A stretch of DNA of 64,000 nt. It comes from Candidatus Heimdallarchaeota archaeon. GTDB taxonomy: Archaea > Asgardarchaeota > Heimdallarchaeia > Heimdallarchaeales > Heimdallarchaeaceae. The notes beneath the pieces are model-generated. The model ran no database searches and was not told the DNA's origin. It saw only the letters and a list, made by a program, of their open reading frames with translations. The stretch covers positions 115,799-179,798 of the forward strand of contig JAEOTE010000007.1 of the NCBI GenBank assembly GCA_016839945.1, given 5' to 3'. Each line of letters opens with the position of its first letter. The first letter of the stretch is position 1. Below are positions 45,959 to 57,181 of the stretch, one piece after another. The position numbers and the translations under genes are program-made.

Positions 45959-46516
45959 ATGAAACCGATTTTTTCACCAACCAAAATGCTTGATTCTTTA
46001 ATTTTAATGCAGATAGTGATTGAAGGACCTCAGCATGGTTATGCTCTAGCATTATCAATTGAAGAGGATTTTGGATGGAAACCTAGTCAAACTGCAGTCT
46101 ACAACTCATTGAAATCAATGGAGAGCGAAGAGTTGGTAATGGTAGAAGAAAAAATAGAAAGTGGGCGTGTTCAAAGAATTTATTCAGTTACAAAAAAAGG
46201 TCGAGAAGTTTTCAGAGAGACTGGAAGACGTATGAGGGAGCATATGATTAGAAACATGTCACATTTTTATTCGTTTATGCAAAAGGTAGGTAGTATTGAA
46301 AACTTGGAAGAATCGGAAGCACTTCAAAGAAAAATTCATGCCATGTTTGGAAATTTAAGAAGAATCTCTCATTTGACTTTAATGTTACAAAGAGAGGCTC
46401 CTAAAGAAACTCAAGAAGTTATTGAGAATACACTTACATCTCTCGAAAAAATTGCTAAGAAATTTGATATTGAATGTCCTGATATGGAGGAATTGAAGAA
46501 AGAAACTAAGGAGTAA
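45959..46516 (+). CDS. PadR family transcriptional regulator
   Basis: PQHGYAL, PS..AVYNSL..ME, R.YSVTKKG. Confidence 0.92.
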   Translation: MKPIFSPTKMLDSLILMQIVIEGPQHGYALALSIEEDFGWKPSQTAVYNSLKSMESEELVMVEEKIESGRVQRIYSVTKKGREVFRETGRRMREHMIRNMSHFYSFMQKVGSIENLEESEALQRKIHAMFGNLRRISHLTLMLQREAPKETQEVIENTLTSLEKIAKKFDIECPDMEELKKETKE

Positions 46517-46522
46517 AAAACA

Positions 46523-48760
46523 ATGTTAAAATTACTAAAATTTTCAAAACCTTACTTATTATTAATTGTATTTTCAGTTGGTTTGTTATTTGCACAAGCT
46601 AACTTGGAATTAGCATTACCTGATTATCTATCCAATATTGTTGACACTGGAATCCAACAAGGGGGAGTAGATAGTTCAGTTCCTGAAGCTATTCGCGAGA
46701 CTGAAATGGGAAGGATACTTATCTTCATGAGTTCTGAAAACCAATCGATTTTATTAGAAGATTATACTCTAATCAACGATACTTCTTCTGATTATGATAC
46801 GTATCTAGAGAACTATCCGATATTGGAAAATGAATCAGTTTATGTCCTCAATGATCTAAAGAAAGCTGAAATAGAAGAATTAGAATCTATAATAATAAAA
46901 CCTATAGTGGCAGTTTTCACAATCGAACAACTTGTAGCTACAGGTAATGTAACACTAATTAACGAAACTCTTGGAGTAGATCTTTCTTTATATCCTCCTG
47001 GAACAGATGTTTTTGATATCTTGAGTGTTTATCCAGTTGAAATCATAGATATAATCCTTGATGGTATCACTCTTAACTTTGAAGCAATTGGAGAAACGAT
47101 GCTTGATCAAGTTGCAGTTGTAGCTGTTAAGAGGGAGTATGAAATCATTGGTATGAATACGGATAGAATACAGAACAGGTTTATCTACAAATCTGGAGCT
47201 TTGATGATACTGATGACATTGCTAGCAGTAATCTGTACAATTTCAGTCAGTTTTTTGGCATCTAGAACAGCTGCAGGGATGGCACGTGATATACGAAGTG
47301 ATTTGTTTAGGAAAGTTGAAAGTTTCTCCAGTATTGAATTTGATAGTTTCTCTACTGCATCTCTAATTACTCGTTCAACCAATGATGTTACTCAAGTGCA
47401 AGGTGCTATTTACATGATAGTGCGTCTTGTTGCTTATGCACCTATACTAGGTATAGGAGGGATTATTCGAGCTCTCCAGAAAAGCAGATCTATGTGGTGG
47501 TTAATTGGTGTTGCAGTTCTTGTGCTGATAGTGCTTATAGGTATTGTTTTTGTTTTAACTCTTCCAAAGTTCAAAATTATGCAAAAACTAACAGATCGTC
47601 TCAATCTTGTTGCCCGAGAGAGTCTTTCTGGTATGCTAGTTATCAGAGCATTCAATATGGAGAAATATGAAGAAAACAGATTTGATAAAGCTAATATAGA
47701 TTTAACATCTGTTAGTCTATTTGTTACTAGAGTTTTTGTAATCATGATGCCTTTTATGATGCTTATTATGAATGGTCTTGTGGTAGGTATCATCTGGGTC
47801 GGATCACATAAAGTTTCTGAAGCAGCTATGCAAGTTGGTGACATGATGGCCTTCATGCAATATGCTATGCAAATAGTATTTGCTTTCCTTATGCTAACCA
47901 TGATGTTTATTATGATTCCTCGTGCATTTGTAGCAGGTAATCGTATCCAAGAAGTATTAGCAACAGAACCAGTAATCAAAGATCCTCAAGAACCTGAAGA
48001 ATTTGATAAACCATTCAAAGGTAAAGTGGAATTCCGCAATGTATCTTTCCGTTATCCAGGAGCAAAGAAAAATGTTCTTCAAGATATTAGTTTTACTGCT
48101 GAATCTGGTCAAACTACAGCTTTCATCGGTGCAACGGGCTCAGGAAAATCAACAGTAATCAATCTGGTTCCAAGGTTTTACGAAGTGACGGAAGGTTCCA
48201 TATTAATTGATGGTGTGGACATAAGAGATGTAACGCAACATGATCTTCGAGAAGTGGTTGGTTATGTACCACAAAAGAGCTTCCTTTTCTCTGGTACGAT
48301 TGAAAGCAACTTACGATTTGCTGATGAAGATGCGAGTGATGAAGCTCTTCATTCATCAATAGATGTTGCTCAAGCTGCAGAATTTGTATACTCAGAGGAT
48401 GTAGGTATAGAAAGTGAAATTGCTCAAGGTGGTATGAATGTCTCTGGTGGTCAAAAACAGAGACTTTCAATAGCTAGAGCATTAGTTAAGAAACCACCAA
48501 TCTACATATTCGATGATAGTTTTTCACAATTAGATTTTAAGACTGATGCAAACTTACGAAAAGCTCTAAGAAAACAAATGGGAGATAGCACACTCTTAAT
48601 CGTTACACAAAGAGTTTCAACTGTTAAAAATGCTGAACAAATCATTGTATTAGATGATGGTAAAATTGTTGGCAAAGGGACACACGAAGAGTTGCTTGAA
48701 ATAAATGATATTTACCGAGAAATTGCCACATCACAACTTGAACTGGAGGATCAATCATGA
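46523..48760 (+). CDS. Heterodimeric ABC exporter, degenerate-site subunit (TM287-like)
   Basis: TMD plus NBD; GATGSGKS, SGGQKQR, non-canonical Walker B FDDS, switch TQR; large extracellular insert. Confidence 0.95.
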   Translation: MLKLLKFSKPYLLLIVFSVGLLFAQANLELALPDYLSNIVDTGIQQGGVDSSVPEAIRETEMGRILIFMSSENQSILLEDYTLINDTSSDYDTYLENYPILENESVYVLNDLKKAEIEELESIIIKPIVAVFTIEQLVATGNVTLINETLGVDLSLYPPGTDVFDILSVYPVEIIDIILDGITLNFEAIGETMLDQVAVVAVKREYEIIGMNTDRIQNRFIYKSGALMILMTLLAVICTISVSFLASRTAAGMARDIRSDLFRKVESFSSIEFDSFSTASLITRSTNDVTQVQGAIYMIVRLVAYAPILGIGGIIRALQKSRSMWWLIGVAVLVLIVLIGIVFVLTLPKFKIMQKLTDRLNLVARESLSGMLVIRAFNMEKYEENRFDKANIDLTSVSLFVTRVFVIMMPFMMLIMNGLVVGIIWVGSHKVSEAAMQVGDMMAFMQYAMQIVFAFLMLTMMFIMIPRAFVAGNRIQEVLATEPVIKDPQEPEEFDKPFKGKVEFRNVSFRYPGAKKNVLQDISFTAESGQTTAFIGATGSGKSTVINLVPRFYEVTEGSILIDGVDIRDVTQHDLREVVGYVPQKSFLFSGTIESNLRFADEDASDEALHSSIDVAQAAEFVYSEDVGIESEIAQGGMNVSGGQKQRLSIARALVKKPPIYIFDDSFSQLDFKTDANLRKALRKQMGDSTLLIVTQRVSTVKNAEQIIVLDDGKIVGKGTHEELLEINDIYREIATSQLELEDQS

Positions 48761-50655
48761 CTCACGGACCAGGACCTGCAGGAAGAAGACCAAGAAGAGG
48801 AGGACCCGGTCGAGGTGGACCAGTAGTTGGAATGATGAAAGGAGACAAAGCAAGTGATTTCAAAGGAACGATGCGTAAGCTAATCAGATATCTTGGCAGA
48901 TATAAGGTAGTGATACTTATTGCAATTTTTATTGCAGCAGTATCCACAGCAGCGAGTATCTTTGGTCCAAAAATCCTTGGTCGAGCTACAACTACATTGT
49001 TTGAAGGTTTAATCGAAACAGTGAGAGGAACAGGTGAGATTGATTTTGATGCTATCAAGATGTTCATTTTCATCACACTAGCACTATACATTGGATCAGG
49101 TATATTCGCTTATATTCAAGGTTGGATAATGGCTAGAGTCTCAACAAGTATTGCTTATCGATTTCGAAGAGATATTTCTTTGAAAATTAACAAAATGAAA
49201 CTCAAATATTATGATAAGACCACACAAGGTGAAATTCTTTCTCGTATCACAAATGATGTGGACACAATCAATCAAACTTTGAGTCAGAGTATCTCACAGA
49301 TAATCACTTCTGCTGTAACAGTTGTAGGAGTACTAGTAATGATGTTTACTATCAGCTGGATGATGACATTAGTAGCAATAGTAATCATTCCTATATCTGG
49401 ATTGGTAGTTGCGTTTATTGTAAAGAAATCTCAAAAGCATTTTGACAAACAACAAGAATACATTGGACATGTAAATAGTCATGTAGAAGAGATGTATGGT
49501 GGACACGTTGTAATGAAAGCCTTTAATGGAGAGGAAAAAAGTCAAGAAAAGTTTGAAAAATTCAACACCACACTTCATAAATCTGCATGGAAATCACAAT
49601 TCTTCTCAGGATTAATGATGCCTGTAATGAACTTTGTTGGTAATCTAGGTTATGTAGGAATTGCCATTATGGGAGGATGGTTAGCTATTCAAGATGTAAT
49701 TGGTGTAGGAGATATTCAAGCTTTCATACAATATGTACGTTCATTTACAAGACCAATTGCTCAACTAGCTAATGTATCCAATGTTCTACAACAAACAGCT
49801 GCAGCTGCAGAAAGAGTATTTGAATTTATAGAAGAACCTGAAGAAGTAGCAGAAACAACAGAACCAGTTAAACTAGAAGAAGTAAAAGGTCTAGTGGAAT
49901 TCCGCAATGTGAACTTTGGTTATTCTCTAGAAAAAACTGTCATTCACGACTTTTCAGCCATAGCAAAACCAGGACAAAAAGTTGCAATCGTTGGTCCAAC
50001 CGGTGCAGGAAAAACTACAATGGTTAAACTGCTTATGCGCTTCTATGATATCAATGATGGTGCAATCCTTGTAGATGGTTCAAACATCTATGATTTCACT
50101 CGTTTAGATTTACGTAATATGTTTGGTATGGTCCTTCAAGATACTTGGTTATTTAATGGAACTATACTAGAAAATATCCGTTATGGACGTCCAGATGCAA
50201 CAGATGCAGAAGTCGTAGCAGCAGCTGAAGCAGCTCATGTTGATCAGTTTGTTCATACACTAGCAGGAGGTTACCATATGGAGCTTAACGAAGAGGTGAC
50301 AAATGTGTCTGAAGGGCAGAAACAGCTTCTAACAATTGCAAGAGCAGTGTTAGCTGATCCTCCTGTCCTTATTCTTGATGAAGCTACTAGTTCAGTTGAC
50401 ACCAGAACAGAAATACTAATTCAACGAGCAATGGATGAGTTGATGAAGAACAGAACAAGCTTTGTTATCGCTCATAGATTATCAACTATTAGAAATGCAG
50501 ACTTAATACTTGTAATGAATGAAGGAGATATTGTAGAACAGGGCACACATGAGGAATTACTTGCAAAATGTGGATTCTATGCTGAACTGCATAATAGCCA
50601 ATTTGAAGTTACTGAGGAATTACCTGAATTTGCACAAATAGAAGCATGTGATTAA
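48757..50655 (+). CDS. Heterodimeric ABC exporter, consensus-site subunit (TM288-like)
   Basis: GPTGAGKT, SEGQKQL, LDEATS, AHRL; ATGA overlap with the upstream gene. Confidence 0.95.
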   Translation: MTHGPGPAGRRPRRGGPGRGGPVVGMMKGDKASDFKGTMRKLIRYLGRYKVVILIAIFIAAVSTAASIFGPKILGRATTTLFEGLIETVRGTGEIDFDAIKMFIFITLALYIGSGIFAYIQGWIMARVSTSIAYRFRRDISLKINKMKLKYYDKTTQGEILSRITNDVDTINQTLSQSISQIITSAVTVVGVLVMMFTISWMMTLVAIVIIPISGLVVAFIVKKSQKHFDKQQEYIGHVNSHVEEMYGGHVVMKAFNGEEKSQEKFEKFNTTLHKSAWKSQFFSGLMMPVMNFVGNLGYVGIAIMGGWLAIQDVIGVGDIQAFIQYVRSFTRPIAQLANVSNVLQQTAAAAERVFEFIEEPEEVAETTEPVKLEEVKGLVEFRNVNFGYSLEKTVIHDFSAIAKPGQKVAIVGPTGAGKTTMVKLLMRFYDINDGAILVDGSNIYDFTRLDLRNMFGMVLQDTWLFNGTILENIRYGRPDATDAEVVAAAEAAHVDQFVHTLAGGYHMELNEEVTNVSEGQKQLLTIARAVLADPPVLILDEATSSVDTRTEILIQRAMDELMKNRTSFVIAHRLSTIRNADLILVMNEGDIVEQGTHEELLAKCGFYAELHNSQFEVTEELPEFAQIEACD

Positions 50656-50658
50656 AAC

Positions 50659-51363
50659 TTATTGAATATACTTGAGGATATCAGAGAATTCTCTAACTAT
50701 TATGATATCCTCAAAGTTATGTTGCTCTAACGGATCAAAGAGGATTGGAACCATTCCAACTCTCTGAGCCATCTTTACATCTAATTCGTAGTCATCACCA
50801 ATGTGAACAATTTTCTCTGGATGTTCTGTTTTCATTTTTTCTAATGCAATTTCATATATCTCAATCTTATTTTTGTGGTAACCTACTTCTCTCGTGTGGA
50901 CAAATATGTCAAAGAATTCCAATATTTCCAATCTCTTCATTACAGATAAGAACAAATCTGGAGAAGCATGAGTTAATAATCCCATCTTAATTCTTTGAGT
51001 ATAAATATGCTTTAGAGTTTCTTTGCATTCAGGATATAATCGAAAGGTTGAGCCAGTACTGAACTCTTGATCAAATTCTTCACGAACTACATCTTGAGAA
51101 CCTTCAGGATCAATTCCTATTGTTATAAGTACTTGAGAGTTTAGCCTGTGTCTATCAGCATCTGATAAATCAATAAAAAATTTATTTATCTTATCATACT
51201 CTCTGTTTTGTCTAAGCATTCCTTCCCATATCCTTGGATCATCATGGGAGATTTCTACTCCTAACCTTTTAGCAATTTTTGACCAGATATTAGTTAATGC
51301 ATAACGTGAATCTATTAATGTTCCAAAGAAATCAAAATAAACACCTTTAATTTTTTTTGACAT
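50659..51363 (-). CDS. HAD-superfamily hydrolase
   Basis: FDFFGTL, K, HIGDD..LD. Confidence 0.88.
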   Translation of the reverse strand: MSKKIKGVYFDFFGTLIDSRYALTNIWSKIAKRLGVEISHDDPRIWEGMLRQNREYDKINKFFIDLSDADRHRLNSQVLITIGIDPEGSQDVVREEFDQEFSTGSTFRLYPECKETLKHIYTQRIKMGLLTHASPDLFLSVMKRLEILEFFDIFVHTREVGYHKNKIEIYEIALEKMKTEHPEKIVHIGDDYELDVKMAQRVGMVPILFDPLEQHNFEDIIIVREFSDILKYIQ

Positions 51364-51382
51364 TTAGTTCACTCTGTCTGAA

Positions 51383-52102
51383 TTATTCTTCTTGAATAAC
51401 AAAATCATCTCTTTCTTCAGGGGGCCATCCTCTAGGAGTCGAACCTCCTTTTCTGAAACGAAAGTCACAGTAAGGACCTCCGCCAGCAATAGTCTGTGTT
51501 CGTTTAAATTCTACATTCTTCAGAACATTAAATGGAGCATAATCTGTCATGCAGATATATGGGAGTAACTCTTCTCCTCCATGTTTACTGAAGAACTTTT
51601 GTACAGCACATTCATGGAAATTAACTCCCCAGTCAAATTCTTCTCCATCTCCATCAACAAATACCATTTTCCAATTCTCTGGATATGCTTTTTTTATCAT
51701 CAAATCGATTTTCTTCTTATAGCTGTTCTTAATATAGGAAGAGAATAATAATTTAGATGTTAAGAATTTCATAAGTTTAGATTGTTTGAAAGATTGCCTT
51801 TCTCTTATTTCATACATTATTTGAGCAATATTTCTAACAGAAGATCCTTTCCTTCTTAATACTTTAAATAATGCTAAGATCATAATTGAATCAAAAAAAT
51901 CGTTTAGAGAAAAATTTTCTTTTCCACCAATGTAAGGGACATGAGTTAGAAGAGTCTCTACTTCTTTGATAGTCTCTAAAATAATTGAATCGATTTCACT
52001 AGCTGAATAATAATTGGAAAGAATTTTAGTAACAATCTTAGATGATTTGTTAAATCTTCTAAATAACTTCTTTTTTTTGTAGCTATATTGAGTTTCAGAC
52101 AT
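51383..52102 (-). CDS. L-2-amino-thiazoline-4-carboxylic acid hydrolase family protein
   Basis: PYIGG, EC...F, ELLPYIC.TD, RTQTIAGG.PYCDFRF. Confidence 0.82.
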   Translation of the reverse strand: MSETQYSYKKKKLFRRFNKSSKIVTKILSNYYSASEIDSIILETIKEVETLLTHVPYIGGKENFSLNDFFDSIMILALFKVLRRKGSSVRNIAQIMYEIRERQSFKQSKLMKFLTSKLLFSSYIKNSYKKKIDLMIKKAYPENWKMVFVDGDGEEFDWGVNFHECAVQKFFSKHGGEELLPYICMTDYAPFNVLKNVEFKRTQTIAGGGPYCDFRFRKGGSTPRGWPPEERDDFVIQEE

Positions 52103-52185
52103 AATTGGTATATAGAATCATTCAGTATAATATATTTTTGCCTTAAAGTAATAGAATCTTGAGCTAAATAGGTGATTTACTAAAT

Positions 52186-53190
52186 ATGATCCTCAATTTT
52201 GTGCGGAGACTTTTTAAGGAAACATTACCTACCCTTTTTTTGATACAAATGAACAGAATCAATAAAGTTTTGGTAATTATATTGATAACAATCCTATTTA
52301 CATCCAGTAATGTAAGGAGTGCCACAGCACCAAATCTGCTCGAAGTATATACAGGAATAAGTATAACTGGAGACCTTAAACAACAGGCTATTCTTGGAAC
52401 TATGGAGTTTAGTATAGGCAAGGTTTGGTATGATCCTTATACTGATGAAAATCTTGTAGAAATGGCTAGAAATATGACAGATTCAACACCAGACCCACCC
52501 TATAATGTCACGAAACAAATAGCAACTTCTTGGATTGTGGAAGATAATAGAACAGTACTCTTACCAGCTATCAGTTTATACACAGAGACCGTAGAAGACG
52601 CAGTATTAGTTTTCTTAAACATAACGGATTTAACGAACGTTCAAGAAGAAGATTTAATAGTCACATATCATGGAGTGAATTACACTTACATGGACATAGA
52701 TACTATGTCACAGCTTTATGCAAATGTTAGTTTTTTCGTTCTAAGTTTTCTACTTGGAAATGCTCTTGAACTGCAATTAATGCCTTTGTCTAGATATGCA
52801 ATTTCACCTCAAGCAACAATAGGTCAGGAGATTGACTATGGCAATTATACAGGAGAAGTTATGGGATTCAAGGATTTTTATATCAGTGAGACAGAAAAAT
52901 ATGAAGTTATTGAGGTGCATCATGAAGAAGAAACTGTATGGGTTGACTTTGGAGGGATTCCTGAACCATACATATTGGGTGAAACAACTTTCCTTTATGA
53001 AAAACAAACGGGTATTGTCATGTATTGGCTTGAATATAATTCTTCAGCAGATATTTACTATTATTTCAATGCGACAAAAGTTGTTGGAATCGCTCCAGTT
53101 GTATCAGAATTTACAACATCATCCTTAATCTTTCTTAGTACTATTCTAATTGCTATACCAATTATCATATACAGAAAAAAGAAAAAATAA
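52186..53190 (+). CDS. Secreted protein with SEF/PEF-like C-terminal anchor (likely start ATG 52249)
   Basis: Signal peptide; ends VVSEF-TM-RKKKK. Confidence 0.8.
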   Translation: MILNFVRRLFKETLPTLFLIQMNRINKVLVIILITILFTSSNVRSATAPNLLEVYTGISITGDLKQQAILGTMEFSIGKVWYDPYTDENLVEMARNMTDSTPDPPYNVTKQIATSWIVEDNRTVLLPAISLYTETVEDAVLVFLNITDLTNVQEEDLIVTYHGVNYTYMDIDTMSQLYANVSFFVLSFLLGNALELQLMPLSRYAISPQATIGQEIDYGNYTGEVMGFKDFYISETEKYEVIEVHHEEETVWVDFGGIPEPYILGETTFLYEKQTGIVMYWLEYNSSADIYYYFNATKVVGIAPVVSEFTTSSLIFLSTILIAIPIIIYRKKKK

Positions 53191-54774
53191 TCATTTTTCT
53201 ATTTCTTTTTTTTTTCTTATTAAAATCACTTCTAAACTTATGAGTGATGAAAAAATAATCAATGTACTAGTTAAACTATATTCCACCGATTTCGTTGTTG
53301 TTTCAAAAGTTTCATCTGAAAACTCTATTTCATATATAACATATTTCAATTGATCTTCAGCTAAGTTTATCGGCATATAAGGAGCAGGTTCTCCAGCCAT
53401 AACATCATCTTCCGAAAGTACATTTATGCCACTAACATAACCTTGTGGACTTACAGGAGTTAAGAAATGTATTGGATCACCATCTTCTTCTGATCCAAAA
53501 ATAGGTAAGAGTATTTCAACAGATACAGCTGAAGTTGAATTAGCAAAGGGACTACATTCGATTTCATATAAATCAAAATGACCAGAAGCATCATCCCAAT
53601 GGGATATGTTGAAGAAGATTATATCACTGGGATCTTCAGTGGGATTTATACCTGCACGAGTTATATTAGCTCTAATGGTTGAAAACACCACATGAGTTCC
53701 AAAGGGGTTAACCCTGCAAACTAACATCTCAGATGTAGCACTTTGTAAGCTGTTTGCTTCCTTCCCGAGAATTAAGATTAAATCACTTATATGAGTATCC
53801 CCCTCTTCTTGTTGAATTTCTAAATGTATTAGCAAATCATCTCTGTCATTAGCAAAAGAACAAGTTACTGTTTTTGTTTTAGGATCTGCAGAATTTAGTA
53901 AGGATCCAGCAGCTGTTTTACAAATGAGTACAGTAGGGACAGGATAGGAAGGTACACTATCCCAAAAATACTCTTCTTTCTTACCATCAAGAACATATTC
54001 AAGTTTAGATGTGAAATGAGATTTCAAGATTACTTCAGATAATTGAGTCATATCACCAGGATACACTAACTCAATTGGCACTCCAGTATCATGATTGATA
54101 GATAATCTGAGATAATTGAAATTATTAACAACAGTGCTGAAATTAGGTCGATTAGTCAAATCTTTGACTTTGTTGCCCCACACTTGGAAAACAACAGCTA
54201 CTGAATCACCATCATCGAATTCCCATTCTGAATCTAAGTCACTCTCAGGATATCGAATATCATCAACGATCACATAAAACTCATCTTCTCCCACATCAGT
54301 TTGTTGCACATTTACATCTTCATAACCACCAAGATCAGTATCAAAAGCAACATGAGTGATATTAACATAAGCAACATCCCTAGCTTCACGAAGAGATGAA
54401 TCTACAATTATACCATCGAAGATACCATTGTTTCCAATGAAGATTATCTCTAGCCCATAAACAACAATATCCTGTTTGGGGATATAGATCCCGATGTATA
54501 GTTTTGAATCATTATAAGCAAAATAAGCAAGTAGTACAATAGTCTCACCAGTTCTATCCATATTATCAAGAGTAATAGTTATTGGTGTAAGATCAGACCA
54601 TTGAGAAAAACCACCATCTAAGGTAAGATAATCAATCTCTGGTGCAACATACTCCCACTTCGATGCTAATCCACTACTAACTTCTATTCTCATAACAAAC
54701 AATGTTGTTACTAAAGCTAGAATTAGGAAGATAGAAAAGAAATATTTGTTCGATGATTTCATTCTTATCACCAA
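53191..54774 (-). CDS. Secreted protein with two probable DOMON/CBM9-like domains and C-terminal TM anchor
   Basis: LTLDG....W..L..AYNDSKLYIGI and VLDG..EE..W...ANDRDDLLIHL; TM plus RKKK. Confidence 0.65.
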   Translation of the reverse strand: MVIRMKSSNKYFFSIFLILALVTTLFVMRIEVSSGLASKWEYVAPEIDYLTLDGGFSQWSDLTPITITLDNMDRTGETIVLLAYFAYNDSKLYIGIYIPKQDIVVYGLEIIFIGNNGIFDGIIVDSSLREARDVAYVNITHVAFDTDLGGYEDVNVQQTDVGEDEFYVIVDDIRYPESDLDSEWEFDDGDSVAVVFQVWGNKVKDLTNRPNFSTVVNNFNYLRLSINHDTGVPIELVYPGDMTQLSEVILKSHFTSKLEYVLDGKKEEYFWDSVPSYPVPTVLICKTAAGSLLNSADPKTKTVTCSFANDRDDLLIHLEIQQEEGDTHISDLILILGKEANSLQSATSEMLVCRVNPFGTHVVFSTIRANITRAGINPTEDPSDIIFFNISHWDDASGHFDLYEIECSPFANSTSAVSVEILLPIFGSEEDGDPIHFLTPVSPQGYVSGINVLSEDDVMAGEPAPYMPINLAEDQLKYVIYEIEFSDETFETTTKSVEYSLTSTLIIFSSLISLEVILIRKKKEIEK

Positions 54775-54918
54775 CAGTCTTATCTAGATACTTATACATT
54801 GGGACATTTAAATCATTGGTGAAAAATAAGAATTCATAGAAAATTTATAAGTGTTTTAAAATGCCTTTAAATGTTAAAATCATTTAATAACAAAATTAAC
54901 TTTTAAGGAAGTAAAAAA

Positions 54919-55227
54919 ATGGCACATGATGTAAAAATAACAGTTGTAAAGCAGTTTGGACCAAAGGATATCATAGGAGAAGAATTCATTCGTGAATCAG
55001 GGAGACCAATAACAAAATGCTATATGAAGGAAGGCAGAGAATTTCAAGTAAAAGAAACAGGTGACATGCCAGATGATTTCTGTCATCACGCTTGGTATGG
55101 CATATACAAGAATGTTAATCTGCTTAGATATGGGGCAAAGTTTGAAGATTGGACTGGTGAAGATACAATCTATGGAGTTTGTCCAGATGGAATAAGACCT
55201 GTGATTTTTAAGATAGAAAGAATCTGA
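54919..55227 (+). CDS. TIGR04076 family protein
   Basis: VKITV, C..EG.EF, P..FC..AW, CPDGIRPVIFKIERI. Confidence 0.88.
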   Translation: MAHDVKITVVKQFGPKDIIGEEFIRESGRPITKCYMKEGREFQVKETGDMPDDFCHHAWYGIYKNVNLLRYGAKFEDWTGEDTIYGVCPDGIRPVIFKIERI

Positions 55228-55228
55228 G

Positions 55229-57181
55229 CTAAGCGTAGAATGAACCTAAAATATTCCAATGGATCATCCACCAAACGAACACGATGGATATAGCAGCTAT
55301 TATCGAAGCGTTTATTCTGATATTAATAGATCCTTGTTTTTTTATCCAAAGGAACATAATTAATCCAATTAAGACTAGAAGACTAAATGCTAAAATATAA
55401 GGTATAACAAGAAGTACTCGCGTAATTGGGAAGACAGCTTCTGTTACCAGCAGAATTCCAGAAAAACCACCATACAAGACTATAAAACCTATGAATCCCC
55501 ATCCAGTAATTAATGTTGCAAGTTTTGTGAATCTCTCAATTTTTGTTTCTGGTAAATATTTCTCTTCTTTCATGATTTTCCTTCTTATTGGTAAATATGC
55601 CAAAGAGATCAGTATAGTTAGAACTATAACCGAACAAATACTCCAAGCAATTGGAGGATTATCAGCACCACTTAATCTTTCTAATGCATTCGCTGGAACA
55701 TGACTATAAAACATGTGAGTTATCTTTCCTTCAGTATCTTCTTTAAACGCTAAGTAGAAACCATACTCTGGTTCTCTAAATAGCAACTCACCTACCTGTA
55801 CATATTGAATTCCAGAAACAACTAGATATCCATCTTTATCTATAGTTACATGTTTGTATTCGATAAGATAATTTATCACAGCAGGAGTACTATAAGGACC
55901 ACGTGTCCATCTGTAGTTTCCAATGAATTTCTTGCCAGTTTGTTTAAAATTGGGATCAGGTTCTAATTCTGAAATTGGTTCAGCAGGATAAAAATAGTCC
56001 ATAAATTCGTAAACCACATCCCAAATTGGATCGATATGATATGCATTATAACTTACAAAAAATCCAATCTGCTCTTCGGGTATTAGTACTAACTCAGATC
56101 GGGTGTAGGAAACAGAACCTCCATGATTTAGTATTCTTTTTCCATTTATTGTCAATTCAAAAAATCCATGGGCGAATCCATCAAGATTAGGATGGTGAGA
56201 GAAATGACGTGTATGCATTTCTTGAGTAGTTGCTTCTTCTAGAATACGGTTAGAATTGAAACTACCATTATTGAGATGAGCTCGCATAAAATAACTAATA
56301 TCTAGAGCTGTTGTTTTTAATGATCCTGCTGGATCATATCCCATACCATATGGATCAATGACTAAAGGGTGTAGATTAGAGTTTTTATCTATTGAATACT
56401 CTGTTACAAGATCTTCTTCTAAACCAGCAGATAAATAATTCCAAAATGTTGAACGTTTCATTCCAAGGGGAGTTAGTATTTTTTCTTCTACATATGGGGG
56501 AAAAGGTTTTCCTGCTATTTCTCCGACAATGTAACCTGCTAAAGAAGCACCATAATTGGAATAAGCTGATACTTCTCCCGGCGGTCGAACGCATTTAGGC
56601 ATATACTCTATGAGAAAATCTTCTAATGAGAGATAAATATCTTTGTTAAATGACCCAGTATAAAAGAAATAGTCTTCAAAACCCAGACTATGACTCATAA
56701 GATCATACATAGTTATGGGACCATAAGGCATTGGAATTTTGAACGCTGTAAGATAGTTATTAATATCTACATCAAGATCTAGAAGACCTTGTTCATAGAG
56801 TTGCATGACAGCTGTCCAAGTGAATAGTTTAGAAACTGATGCTATTCGAAATATAGTTGAATTTGGAGAAACAGCTTTAGATTCCTCTATGTTTGCATAA
56901 CCATATCCTTTGAGATACAATATATCGGTTGCATTAACAACTGATAAAGTAACACCAGGAAGAGTATAATCAATTATTTGATTCTCTAAAAGGTTATCAA
57001 AAAACAGTTGTAGTTCTGTTTCATTGTTGGGATCTTTGACGAGTGTTGGTTGATGGTTGTTATTTTTAAAACTTAAATCATTAAGAGATGAGTTATTATA
57101 GTATTCAGCATTTGTATTGGAAAGGAATGGAATGGAAATTATACTAAGAATAAAAAAGCAAATGAAGATTATTTTTTTCAT
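55229..57181 (-). CDS. Membrane-bound serine hydrolase (beta-lactamase/PBP family)
   Basis: SVSK, YSN, HGG motifs; signal peptide; C-terminal TMs. Confidence 0.93.
   Translation of the reverse strand: MKKIIFICFFILSIISIPFLSNTNAEYYNNSSLNDLSFKNNNHQPTLVKDPNNETELQLFFDNLLENQIIDYTLPGVTLSVVNATDILYLKGYGYANIEESKAVSPNSTIFRIASVSKLFTWTAVMQLYEQGLLDLDVDINNYLTAFKIPMPYGPITMYDLMSHSLGFEDYFFYTGSFNKDIYLSLEDFLIEYMPKCVRPPGEVSAYSNYGASLAGYIVGEIAGKPFPPYVEEKILTPLGMKRSTFWNYLSAGLEEDLVTEYSIDKNSNLHPLVIDPYGMGYDPAGSLKTTALDISYFMRAHLNNGSFNSNRILEEATTQEMHTRHFSHHPNLDGFAHGFFELTINGKRILNHGGSVSYTRSELVLIPEEQIGFFVSYNAYHIDPIWDVVYEFMDYFYPAEPISELEPDPNFKQTGKKFIGNYRWTRGPYSTPAVINYLIEYKHVTIDKDGYLVVSGIQYVQVGELLFREPEYGFYLAFKEDTEGKITHMFYSHVPANALERLSGADNPPIAWSICSVIVLTILISLAYLPIRRKIMKEEKYLPETKIERFTKLATLITGWGFIGFIVLYGGFSGILLVTEAVFPITRVLLVIPYILAFSLLVLIGLIMFLWIKKQGSINIRINASIIAAISIVFVWWMIHWNILGSFYA

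Noticed and set aside
47185-49578. Minus-strand ORFs of up to 181 aa within the ABC genes, and similar nested ORFs elsewhere
   Set aside because: Antisense or off-frame shadows of well-supported genes.
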